The notes beneath the pieces are model-generated. The model saw only the letters and a list, made by a program, of their open reading frames with translations. It did not search any database and was not told the DNA's origin. The position numbers and the translations under genes were made by a program. This document shows positions 1 to 7,586 of a stretch of 11,279 bases of DNA, in pieces. Origin of the DNA: Candidatus Brocadiia bacterium (lineage in GTDB: Bacteria; Planctomycetota; Brocadiia; SM23-32); NCBI GenBank assembly GCA_046538485.1, contig JBKHIT010000100.1:1-11279 (forward strand), in the 5' to 3' direction. Numbering within the stretch: position 1 is the first letter of the stretch; each line of letters begins with the position of its first letter.

Positions 1-6
1 TATGAG

Positions 7-193
7 CCGCGTTCTGAACCCCAGCCTGCGGCTGAAGTCCAGTCCGCTCGCGGCGATTGAGACTCGAGTTCAGCTGAGCCCGCCAGCGGCGGGCGAAACT
101 GGACTTGAGGCGGACAAATGGAGGAAAGTTCGCCAACAAAAAAACTTCTCTCCTCGCAGCCAGGTCGCTGACCGGCAGGCATCTGACCTGTCA
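7..193. repeat. Structured intergenic repeat, copy A (may extend beyond the left window edge)
   Basis: CCGCGTTCTGAAC(C/T)CCAGCCT(G/C)CGGCTGAAGTCCAGTCCGCTC...GATTGAG...GCGG(A/G)CAAAT...CGCCAACAA...TTCTCTCCTCGCAGCCAG...GGCAGG...ACCTGTCA aligns in direct orientation with 1072-1223. It contains several hairpins. Confidence 0.85.
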
Positions 194-359
194 ACGGTTC
201 AGTTGCGAGGGACTCCAGCGCTCCCAGGATAGGGAACGGGAACCGGGATGGCTGAATCCAGCATTCTGTTCCGAAGGAAAATTTTCCTGGACTTTCATGG
301 AAAATCGGGGCTGATTTTGTTATTTTTCGGGGTGAGTCTTTCTCTTGAGGGCGATGGCG

Positions 360-917
360 ATGAATAAGAAGCCGAAACCGGTTCGTCTGATTACTTTGAT
401 TGCGGTCGGGATTCTGGTTGTGGTGGCATACTACTTTCTTGAGACACTCCAGCAACGAGGAGAAACGAGCAGCGGGGAAGGCGTTCGGCAGGGGGTAAAA
501 CGCCTATCCAGCGATTATATTTCGCTTCTTACACCCGGGGAGGTGGCCGATGCGGTGGGGGTTCAGCGGGTGGAGGTTGAGACGTTCCGCGCGCACACAC
601 GTCCCCTGGCGAGAGTTAGGTTTAAGGGTTCCGACGGCCCGAAATTGCTTCTGCAGTACGAAATTGAGCGCATCGGCAATCCCGAAGAAGATTATCAAAA
701 GCGCCATGAAGTGTTGGAACAGCGGGCCGGTGAGATGGTGTTTCTGGAAGAACTCGGATGGAAAGCTCTCCGCTATACTCCCGCGGGCGATGGACAGCAA
801 GAGTTGGTGTTTTGGGATCGGGAGAAGAAACTGCGGGTCCATCTTGAAACAGGGGTTGCGACTTTTGAGGCAGTGAAAGCGCTGGCGGTGGAGATGGGCA
901 ACAGGTTGCCCGAATAG
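360..917 (+). CDS. Hypothetical membrane-anchored protein (N-terminal TM helix plus extracytoplasmic domain, possibly DUF3558/PknH-like fold)
   Basis: ORF with a basic N-terminus (NKKPKPVR) followed by a hydrophobic helix (LITLIAVGILVVVAYYFL). GAGG at 347-350 lies 9 nt before ATG 360; alternative starts are 345 and 354. The motifs LLTPGEVADAVG, LGWKA and the ALAVEMGNRLP end recall DUF3558-like proteins (from memory, unverified). Confidence 0.75.
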   Translation: MNKKPKPVRLITLIAVGILVVVAYYFLETLQQRGETSSGEGVRQGVKRLSSDYISLLTPGEVADAVGVQRVEVETFRAHTRPLARVRFKGSDGPKLLLQYEIERIGNPEEDYQKRHEVLEQRAGEMVFLEELGWKALRYTPAGDGQQELVFWDREKKLRVHLETGVATFEAVKALAVEMGNRLPE

Positions 918-1023
918 AGTATTTTTGGAGCGAGGGCTGGCGTGCATCTCCTTTTTTGGCCCAACAGCGAGCTTGCAGCGGTGCTCCGCTTCGCGGCCGG
1001 GGCTTGCCGGGCAGCGCCGTTAA

Positions 1024-1227
1024 AGTATCGCAGGCATCTTACCTGCGACCTTCTCGTTGTATCGAATCGGCCCGCGTTCTGAACTCCAGCCTCCGGCTGA
1101 AGTCCAGTCCGCTCATGGGGATTGAGGCGGGCAAATCTTGCAGAAGTGCAAGGGAAGGAAGGCCCGCCAACAAGAACATTTCTCTCCTCGCAGCCAGACC
1201 GCATACAGGCAGGATACCTGTCATACT
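1024..1227. repeat. Repeat copy B bracketed by inverted REP-like hairpin ends (REPIN/MITE-like)
   Basis: The left end AGTATCGCAGGCATCTTACCTGC (1024-1046) matches the reverse complement of 1205-1227 (AGTATGACAGGTATCCTGCCTGT) at 17/23 positions, and each end is itself a palindrome. The interior 1072-1223 is homologous to 7-193. Confidence 0.7.
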
Positions 1228-1330
1228 GAACGCGCCACGCCTCGCAGTCGGCAATTGCTCAGGCATACCGGGGCAAGAAGCAAGAATGCGGATCGCCTTG
1301 CCGCGGCGGCTACGCCGCCTCGTAATGACA
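1219..1330. repeat. Degenerate GTCAT...ATGAC-type palindromic repeat remnant
   Basis: TGTCAT (1219-1224) and ATGACA (1325-1330) form inverted ends. The 3' part GGATCGCC..GCCGCGGCGGCTACGCCGCCTCGTAATGAC has a GGCGGC-TAC-GCCGCC hairpin and resembles the widespread GATTGC...CTCGCAATGAC intergenic repeat. Confidence 0.45.
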
Positions 1331-1359
1331 CGCAAGTCTGAAAATGTGGAAGCGCTTGC

Positions 1360-1388
1360 TTGACGCGGCAGCTATATATATGTATAGT
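1360..1388 (+). promoter_or_regulatory. Sigma70-type promoter of dnaE2
   Basis: TTGACG (1360-1365), 17-nt spacer, TATAGT (1383-1388). A GGAGG Shine-Dalgarno at about 1414-1418 precedes the TTG start. Confidence 0.7.
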
Positions 1389-1389
1389 T
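1370..1389. promoter_or_regulatory. Palindromic operator candidate (SOS/LexA-box-like) overlapping the dnaE2 -10
   Basis: AGCTATATAT|ATGTATAGTT is an 8/10 dyad. The core CTAT-N8-ATAG (1372-1387) has the geometry of the E. coli CTGT-N8-ACAG box with an AT-rich spacer. Confidence 0.5.
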
Positions 1390-1426
1390 ACCTGTTGTCA
1401 GGAAAGCATCTGCGGAGGCCGGTTTT

Positions 1427-4400
1427 TTGGAATTCGTTCATCTCCACACTCACTCGAGTTTCAGCCTTCTGCAGGGGGTTTCTACCCCGGCGGAGCTGGT
1501 GGAGGCGGCGGTTGGTGCCGGGAGCCGTGCCCTGGCCCTCACCGACACCAACGGTCTTTACGGTGCGATTGAATTTTATGAACGGGCTCGTGAGGCGGGG
1601 ATTAAACCGATTATCGGCAGCGAAATTGTCCGGGGGGACCAGCAGTGCATCTGCCTTGCGGCCAACCGGCGGGGGTACTCCCATCTGTGCCGGTTGGTCA
1701 GCGAACGTCAGCTCGCCGGGACGCCTCACGCGGAGGAGTTTCTGGGGTGCGAGGGCGGGTATGATCTGGGGGGGAGTCTTATTGAGTATCAGGAGGGTCT
1801 GTTTTTTCTCACAGCTACCCCGTCTCTGCTGCGGCGGCTTCACGGCCGGGTAGCCGGAGATTGTCTGTATGCGGAGTGCCGCGCCGATTCTTTCTATTCT
1901 TTCGAAACCCGATGTCCGTCGCTCCGGGGAAAGGGGAGTGAGAGGGGGGGAAATGAGCACGTGATGGAAGTGGCCGGGGATCTCGGGGTGCCGATGGCGG
2001 CGACTGTTAATGTGAATTTCCTGCGATCGGATAATTGGGAAACCCACGCGGTGGTCTCTGCGATTCGGGAAAATCTCGGATTGGAGAAAGTGATGAAGAA
2101 TCCGCAAATGCTGGCACCGGCGTCGGCCTTTCTGCAACCGGCCGAACAACTGGCAGCAAAACTCCCGCATAGCCGAGAGGCTATGGGAAATACGATTCGG
2201 ATTGCCGAGGCGTGCGAATTGGAATTGGATCTGCATGTCCCTCATTTTCCCAAATACGATTCGCTTCCGCCCGGAGAAAGTGCGTGCAGCTATCTCCGAA
2301 AAATTGCGTTTCGAGGGGCCGCGAAGCGGTACGATTCAGTGACTGCGGAGGTGCGTCGCCGACTGGAACGCGAATTGAGGGTTATTCACAAGCTGGATTT
2401 TTGCGATTATTTCCTCGTGGTATGGGATATTGTGAAATTTGCTTATGAGGAGGATATCCCTCACGTGGGGCGCGGATCGGCGGCCAACAGCATCGTCTCG
2501 TATTGCCTGGGCATTTCGGCCGTGGATCCGCTGGAATTTGATTTGTATTTCGAGCGTTTTCTCAATGAATACCGGAAAGACGTGCCGGACATCGACCTGG
2601 ATTTTTGCTGGCGGCGACGCGACGAGGTGTTGGATTACGTTTACAGGCGGTATGATCCGGGACAGGTGGCGATGGTTTCAACGCATTCGACGTTCCGGGC
2701 GCGATCGGCGTTCAGGGATGTGGCTCGGGTGATGGGATTGCCCCTCGAAGAGGTCGACCGCTACAGCCGGCTTCTCCCGCATCATGCGGTTTCATCGGTT
2801 CGGGAGATGAAAGACAGGTTTCCGGAGATGGCCGATTTTCCAACGGATCGTCGGCCCTGGAAAGACGTGCTCGATCATGCCCTGCGCATTGATGGATATG
2901 CCCGGCATCTCGGGATTCATCTGGGGGGGATGGTGATCGGGGATGGTCCGTTAACCCGGTATAGCCCGCTGGAGAACAGCACCAAAGGAATTGTGGTGAC
3001 GCAATATGAGATGGATGCGGCGGAGAAGGTCGGGCTGGTGAAAATCGATCTGCTCGGTCAGAGATCTCTTTCCCTTGTTTCGGAGACGGCGCGGAGTGTG
3101 AAGCAAAACCGGGGTGTGCGCGTGGAACTCGGAGGATTGCCGTCCAGCGATTCCCGGACCGCACAACTTCTGCGCGGCGGCCGGACGATGGGATGTTTTC
3201 AAATTGAATCTCCCGGAATGCGTCAGCTCCTTCAGATGATGGAGGCGGAGAACGCTCAGCAGGTTATTCAGGCGCTTTCACTGATCCGTCCCGGTCCGTC
3301 AGGAAGCGGGATGAAAGAGGCGTTTATCCGCCGAAAACGCGGTCAGGAACCGGTCGAGTATCTCGCCCCGCAGATGAAAGAAGCTCTTGACGGGACATAC
3401 GGTGTAATGCTTTACCAGGAAGATATTTTGAAAGTGGCGCAGGCGGTGGCGGGGTTTTCAATGGCCGAGGGCGATCAGATCCGGAAGTGGATCACAAAAG
3501 AGCGGAGTCCCGAAGCGTTGCGGCAAATGCGGAATCGGTTCCTCCAGGGGGCTCGAGAACGAGGAGTAAGGGGGGATGCGGCGAAAGAAATCTGGAAACA
3601 GATCGAGAGTTTTGCGGCGTATTCTTACTGCAAAGCTCACGCGACGACGTATGGTCACATTTCCTGGCAGGCGACGTATCTCAAAGCGCGGTGGCCAGCA
3701 GAGTTTCTGGCCAGCGTTATCGCGAATAAAGCGGGCTTTTACGATGCTCGGACCTATTATGAAGACGCTCGCCGATTGGGAGTCACGCTCCTTCCTCCGT
3801 CCGTTAACGATAGCGGGGTGGAATGCCGGGCGGAGAAACCGGAAAAAGCAGGGGGACCTGGGGCTATCCGGCCCGGATTGGAAGCCGTCAAGTCGCTTTC
3901 CCGGCGAACCATAGCCCGAATTCAGGCCGAACGCGAGAGACGGCGTTTTTCGTCCTTTCGGGATTTTTACCTGCGGGTTGGGGGAAGCGCGGAGGAAATC
4001 GAAAACCTGATTTTGTGCGGGGCATTCGATTGGACGGAGCGGAGCCGGCCGACGCTGATGGTGGAAAATGAGATGTTAAAAGAGACGATCGGCCAGAAGA
4101 ACGTGAGAGAAGCAGCACGAGCGGTCGAGACCGAGAATGCTTATTCGGAAGAGGGACAGGCCTTTCTTTTTCATTCATCCTCATCGTTTGAACGTGATCA
4201 ATTGCCCGGATTAAAGGTCCCGGAGCGGCCAGGGTTTTCAAATCTTGAACGTGTGAAATGGGAGTTACAAGTTCTGGGGATGTCACATTCAGGACATGCT
4301 CTTGATATTTGGAGCGGGGGGGATGAATCGGGCCTGACGCGGAGCTTTGAGCTGAGACGCCGGGTGGGGGAATCGGTAATTTTTGCCGGATGGTTGGTAA

Positions 4401-4624
4401 TGATGAGGCGTGCCGTCACCAAAAAACAGGAATATATGAAGTTTCTGTGTTTGGAAGATCAATGGGGAGTGGTAGAAGTAGTGGTCTTTCCCGATGTTTA
4501 CCGAGAATACGGGGAATGTATGGATGGGGTAGGTGTTTATCGGGTAGAGGGCCGTGTCAAGGAGCACCAGGGATCAGTGAGTTTGGTGGCCAGGACGGTG
4601 CGAAAAGTCCCAATATTTGGTTGA
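1427..4624 (+). CDS. dnaE2: DNA polymerase III subunit alpha, DnaE2-type (error-prone C-family polymerase)
   Basis: 1065 aa. PHP start HLHTHSSFS, GRGSAANS (DnaE2-type rather than the DnaE1 GRGSGAGS), catalytic PDIDLD and KIDLLG, FQIESPGMR, YCKAHA, HhH region and a terminal OB fold (MKFLCLED). No C-terminal tau-binding extension. TTG start with SD. Confidence 0.9.
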   Translation: MEFVHLHTHSSFSLLQGVSTPAELVEAAVGAGSRALALTDTNGLYGAIEFYERAREAGIKPIIGSEIVRGDQQCICLAANRRGYSHLCRLVSERQLAGTPHAEEFLGCEGGYDLGGSLIEYQEGLFFLTATPSLLRRLHGRVAGDCLYAECRADSFYSFETRCPSLRGKGSERGGNEHVMEVAGDLGVPMAATVNVNFLRSDNWETHAVVSAIRENLGLEKVMKNPQMLAPASAFLQPAEQLAAKLPHSREAMGNTIRIAEACELELDLHVPHFPKYDSLPPGESACSYLRKIAFRGAAKRYDSVTAEVRRRLERELRVIHKLDFCDYFLVVWDIVKFAYEEDIPHVGRGSAANSIVSYCLGISAVDPLEFDLYFERFLNEYRKDVPDIDLDFCWRRRDEVLDYVYRRYDPGQVAMVSTHSTFRARSAFRDVARVMGLPLEEVDRYSRLLPHHAVSSVREMKDRFPEMADFPTDRRPWKDVLDHALRIDGYARHLGIHLGGMVIGDGPLTRYSPLENSTKGIVVTQYEMDAAEKVGLVKIDLLGQRSLSLVSETARSVKQNRGVRVELGGLPSSDSRTAQLLRGGRTMGCFQIESPGMRQLLQMMEAENAQQVIQALSLIRPGPSGSGMKEAFIRRKRGQEPVEYLAPQMKEALDGTYGVMLYQEDILKVAQAVAGFSMAEGDQIRKWITKERSPEALRQMRNRFLQGARERGVRGDAAKEIWKQIESFAAYSYCKAHATTYGHISWQATYLKARWPAEFLASVIANKAGFYDARTYYEDARRLGVTLLPPSVNDSGVECRAEKPEKAGGPGAIRPGLEAVKSLSRRTIARIQAERERRRFSSFRDFYLRVGGSAEEIENLILCGAFDWTERSRPTLMVENEMLKETIGQKNVREAARAVETENAYSEEGQAFLFHSSSSFERDQLPGLKVPERPGFSNLERVKWELQVLGMSHSGHALDIWSGGDESGLTRSFELRRRVGESVIFAGWLVMMRRAVTKKQEYMKFLCLEDQWGVVEVVVFPDVYREYGECMDGVGVYRVEGRVKEHQGSVSLVARTVRKVPIFG

Positions 4625-4702
4625 AGATCATTCTCTGGAAGGCTGTTGGTGTGTGTTTTTTCACTTGCGAAAACAAAACAGAATTCGCATAACTGTATTG
4701 AA

Positions 4703-4747
4703 CATTCACATTTTGCTAACAAAACACTCATATTTGGGGGGCATACT
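4703..4747 (+). promoter_or_regulatory. Pho-box-like direct repeats plus -10 upstream of phoB
   Basis: TTCACA (4705), CTAACA (4716) and CTCATA (4727) lie at an exact 11-bp period. The -10-like CATACT (4742-4747) is 10 nt after the last 7-mer half-site (4725-4731), the canonical Pho promoter spacing. Confidence 0.65.
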
Positions 4748-4815
4748 AAAGAGACTGAAGAGTTGTAACCCGTGCGGGCGATAACAAGAGCCCTTGTATG
4801 TAAGGAAAATGTGAG

Positions 4816-5502
4816 ATGGCACGAGAAAAAATACTGGTTGTTGAGGACGAAGAGAATATCCTGGAGCTTGTGACCTTCAATTTGAGTCAGGAAGGCTACC
4901 GTGTTGACGGCGTTGCGACGGGAGAAGACGCGCTCGAAAAAGCGCGGGAGGAACGCCCGGATCTGATCGTCCTCGATTTAATGCTTCCCGGTATAGGAGG
5001 GCTGGAGGCCTGTCGGGTGTTGAAGAACGAAGCCAAAACCGCCCACATTCCCATCGTTATGCTGACGGCAAAAAGTGAGGAGGCGGATGTGGTTGCCGGA
5101 CTGGAACTGGGCGCGGATGATTACGTCACAAAGCCTTTCAGCCCAAGGGTTTTGGTGGCAAGAATCAGGGCAGTTTTGAGGCGGAAGTCGGAGAAAGTTA
5201 CCGACGAGAGTGCGGTTCTTAAGATCCATGATATTGTCATACATCCCGGTCGTCACGAAGTTTTGATAGACGGGGAAGCTGCCGATTTCACCAATACTGA
5301 GTTCCGGTTGCTCCATCTCCTTGCGCGACGTCCCGGATGGGTTTTCACCCGAAATCAGATTATTGACGCGTTGAGGGGTTCCAATTATCCTGTTACTGAT
5401 AGATCCGTCGATGTCCAGGTCGCGGGCTTGCGGAAAAAGCTCGGCGAGGCCAGCAAATATATTGAGACAGTTCGCGGTGTAGGCTACCGTTTCAAGGAAT
5501 AA
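4816..5502 (+). CDS. phoB: Phosphate regulon response regulator, OmpR/PhoB family
   Basis: Receiver domain (VVEDE, LDLMLPG, MLTAK, GADDYVTKPFS) plus winged helix (DRSVDVQVAGLRKKL, IETVRGVGYRF). SD TAAGGA at 4801-4806. Abuts a PhoR-like kinase. Confidence 0.88.
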   Translation: MAREKILVVEDEENILELVTFNLSQEGYRVDGVATGEDALEKAREERPDLIVLDLMLPGIGGLEACRVLKNEAKTAHIPIVMLTAKSEEADVVAGLELGADDYVTKPFSPRVLVARIRAVLRRKSEKVTDESAVLKIHDIVIHPGRHEVLIDGEAADFTNTEFRLLHLLARRPGWVFTRNQIIDALRGSNYPVTDRSVDVQVAGLRKKLGEASKYIETVRGVGYRFKE

Positions 5503-7287
5503 GTGATGTCTCGTAGAAGCTTGTTGTGGTATCTTTTCCCTTCTTACATGGCCATTATTCTTGTGGCTCTTCTTGCGGCCACTCTGTATGGGACGGCTGT
5601 TTTCCGGCGTTTCCACCTGAATCAGACCGAACACGGGTTGGCGGCTCGATCCATGCTGATCGAGCAACGTGTGGCTGAGCTTGTCAGAAATGAAGATTGG
5701 GAGGTGGTTAACGAACTGTGCCGACGGCTCGGACACCGTACGGAAACCCGTATCACTGTCATACAGCCTTCTGGAGAAGTTGTGGGGGATTCCCATGAGG
5801 ATCCGGATATAATGGAAAATCATGCCGAAAGACCGGAGATAAAGGAGGCATTGGAGGGGAAAGAAGGATCCTCACGCCGGTTCAGCGCGACGCTGGAGAG
5901 AAAGATGATGTATTATGCCATCCCTGTACGAGCGCTTTCTGGAGAGGATGAGAAACCGATTGCTGTGGTCCGAACCTCTGTGCCCCTGACCTCAATCGAC
6001 AGGACATTGAGTTCCCTCCACACTAAAATCTTTTGGGGGGCAGTGATCGTTGCGATATTGCTCGCGGGTCTGAGTCTCTATATTTCACGGCGGATCACCC
6101 TCCCCCTCGATCAGATGAAACACGGGGCTCAGAAATTCGCCCGAGGGGAGTTGGACCAGAAACTGCCTATTCCCCGTTCTGAGGAATTTGCTGCACTGGC
6201 GGAATCGCTCAACGAGATGGCGAGTCAGCTCGATGACCAGATCCATACCATCGTACGGCAACGCAACGAACGCGAAGCGATTTTGTCGAGTATGACCGAA
6301 GGGGTTATCGCTGTGGATGTCGAGGGACGTGTTCTGGCGGTTAACGACGCGGGAGAGGAAATTCTGAAGGTCGACGCGCAACAGGCCCGTGGGCGCGTTC
6401 TTGAAGAGGTCATACGTGTTACCGAGTTGCAGGATTTTGTGAGACGCACCCTCGATGGTGACCTGCCGCTTGAAGATGATATTATTCTGCAGGACGAACA
6501 GGAACGCGTGCTTCAGGCCCATGGCACGGCGCTGGAGGACGCGCAGGGACGCGAAATCGGTGCCCTTATCGTTATGAACGATGTCACACGTCTGCGTCGG
6601 CTCGAGAGAATTCGGCGTGATTTCGTCGCGAACGTTTCCCACGAGCTGAAAACTCCTATTACAGCCATAAAAGGTTTCATCGAAACCCTGCAGACAGCTT
6701 CTGAGAATGATCCCGAAAAGACGCGACGATTCCTGAAAATAGTGGGGAAACAGGCCGACCGATTGGGCGCAATAGTAGAAGATTTGCTCGCACTCTCTCG
6801 AATCGAGCAAAATGCGCAAAAGTCGGCTGTGGAACGACATACGACAGTTATGAAAGACCTGTTGGCGAATGCTGTTCAGGATTGTATGCCGAAAGCACGC
6901 GAGAAAAATATTGAGGTTTTGCTTGAATGCCAGGAGGATCTCAAAGCGTGCATTAATTCCGCGCTCCTTGAACAGGCGGTTGTCAATTTGCTTGATAACG
7001 CGATTAAATACAGCGAAGAGGGCGGAAAGGTAAAAATACAGGGGAGTCAAGCGGACGGTGGAATTGAGATTTCCGTCTCGGATGAGGGATGTGGGATACC
7101 AAAAGAACACCTGGGAAGGCTTTTCGAGCGTTTCTACAGGGTTGATAAGGCCCGAAGCCGTAAATTAGGGGGTACCGGGCTGGGTCTGGCAATCGTCAAG
7201 CACATTGCCCAGGTCCACGCGGGAACCATTGATGTGGAGAGCAGCCCCGGGGAGGGAAGCACATTTTTTATTCGTATCCCGGTTTAA
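5503..7287 (+). CDS. phoR: Phosphate regulon sensor histidine kinase (TM-Cache-like-TM-HAMP-PAS-HisKA-HATPase)
   Basis: Two TM helices, periplasmic MENHAERPEIKEALEG motif typical of long PhoR, HAMP, PAS (SMTEGVIAVD), H-box DFVANVSHELKTP, N-box NLLDNAIKYS, FERFYRVDKARSRKLGGTGLGLAIVKH. Starts (GTG 5503 or ATG 5506) immediately after the phoB stop. Confidence 0.88.
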   Translation: MMSRRSLLWYLFPSYMAIILVALLAATLYGTAVFRRFHLNQTEHGLAARSMLIEQRVAELVRNEDWEVVNELCRRLGHRTETRITVIQPSGEVVGDSHEDPDIMENHAERPEIKEALEGKEGSSRRFSATLERKMMYYAIPVRALSGEDEKPIAVVRTSVPLTSIDRTLSSLHTKIFWGAVIVAILLAGLSLYISRRITLPLDQMKHGAQKFARGELDQKLPIPRSEEFAALAESLNEMASQLDDQIHTIVRQRNEREAILSSMTEGVIAVDVEGRVLAVNDAGEEILKVDAQQARGRVLEEVIRVTELQDFVRRTLDGDLPLEDDIILQDEQERVLQAHGTALEDAQGREIGALIVMNDVTRLRRLERIRRDFVANVSHELKTPITAIKGFIETLQTASENDPEKTRRFLKIVGKQADRLGAIVEDLLALSRIEQNAQKSAVERHTTVMKDLLANAVQDCMPKAREKNIEVLLECQEDLKACINSALLEQAVVNLLDNAIKYSEEGGKVKIQGSQADGGIEISVSDEGCGIPKEHLGRLFERFYRVDKARSRKLGGTGLGLAIVKHIAQVHAGTIDVESSPGEGSTFFIRIPV

Positions 7288-7586
7288 TGTTGGATTTTGC
7301 CCGGTATTGCTGTATTATCCCCCGCTGCTTATATTTGCTTTGAGGTCTCGGAACAGGCAAAAGCGCTCGCTTCTGAAGAAAGCTTCAAAAGAAGGATTCT
7401 CAGCTGTATGTGTCGCTGGCGTCCGATAATATCAGGGACAGGCAAAAAAAGGGCATTTCCCCAATACTTTCTACTTTCAGGATTGCCGAAATCGCTTCAT
7501 GCAGGGGGAACCCATCTTTTTCCTGTTTTTGGAAGGCCCGTTTCCACCGCGTCTGAAGGGGGCTCAACCCATTTTGCTATTCAGAT

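Noticed and set aside
2..232. ORFs 2-232 and 956-1363 share the peptide RVLNxSLRLKSSPL
   Set aside because: The similarity comes from the DNA repeat. A 17-nt loop-length difference shifts the frame between copies, so protein-level conservation is not maintained.
7..1330. CRISPR array or integron attC interpretation of the repeats
   Set aside because: There are only two long copies, no regular repeat-spacer periodicity, no clear RYYYAAC/GTTRRRY core pair, and no cas or integrase gene in the window.
1768..1950. G7 runs in dnaE2 (1768-1774, 1944-1950) as phase-variation tracts
   Set aside because: The runs are short, the frame is intact and they encode Gly-Gly, which is unremarkable at this GC content.
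1427..4624. Intein or split in DnaE
   Set aside because: The length is normal and the motifs are contiguous, with no C/S...HN splice junctions or LAGLIDADG blocks.
1388..7110. Long antisense ORFs (1388-2245, 4978-5823, 6085-7110 and others)
   Set aside because: They are shadows of well-supported dnaE2, phoB and phoR, with no recognisable motifs.
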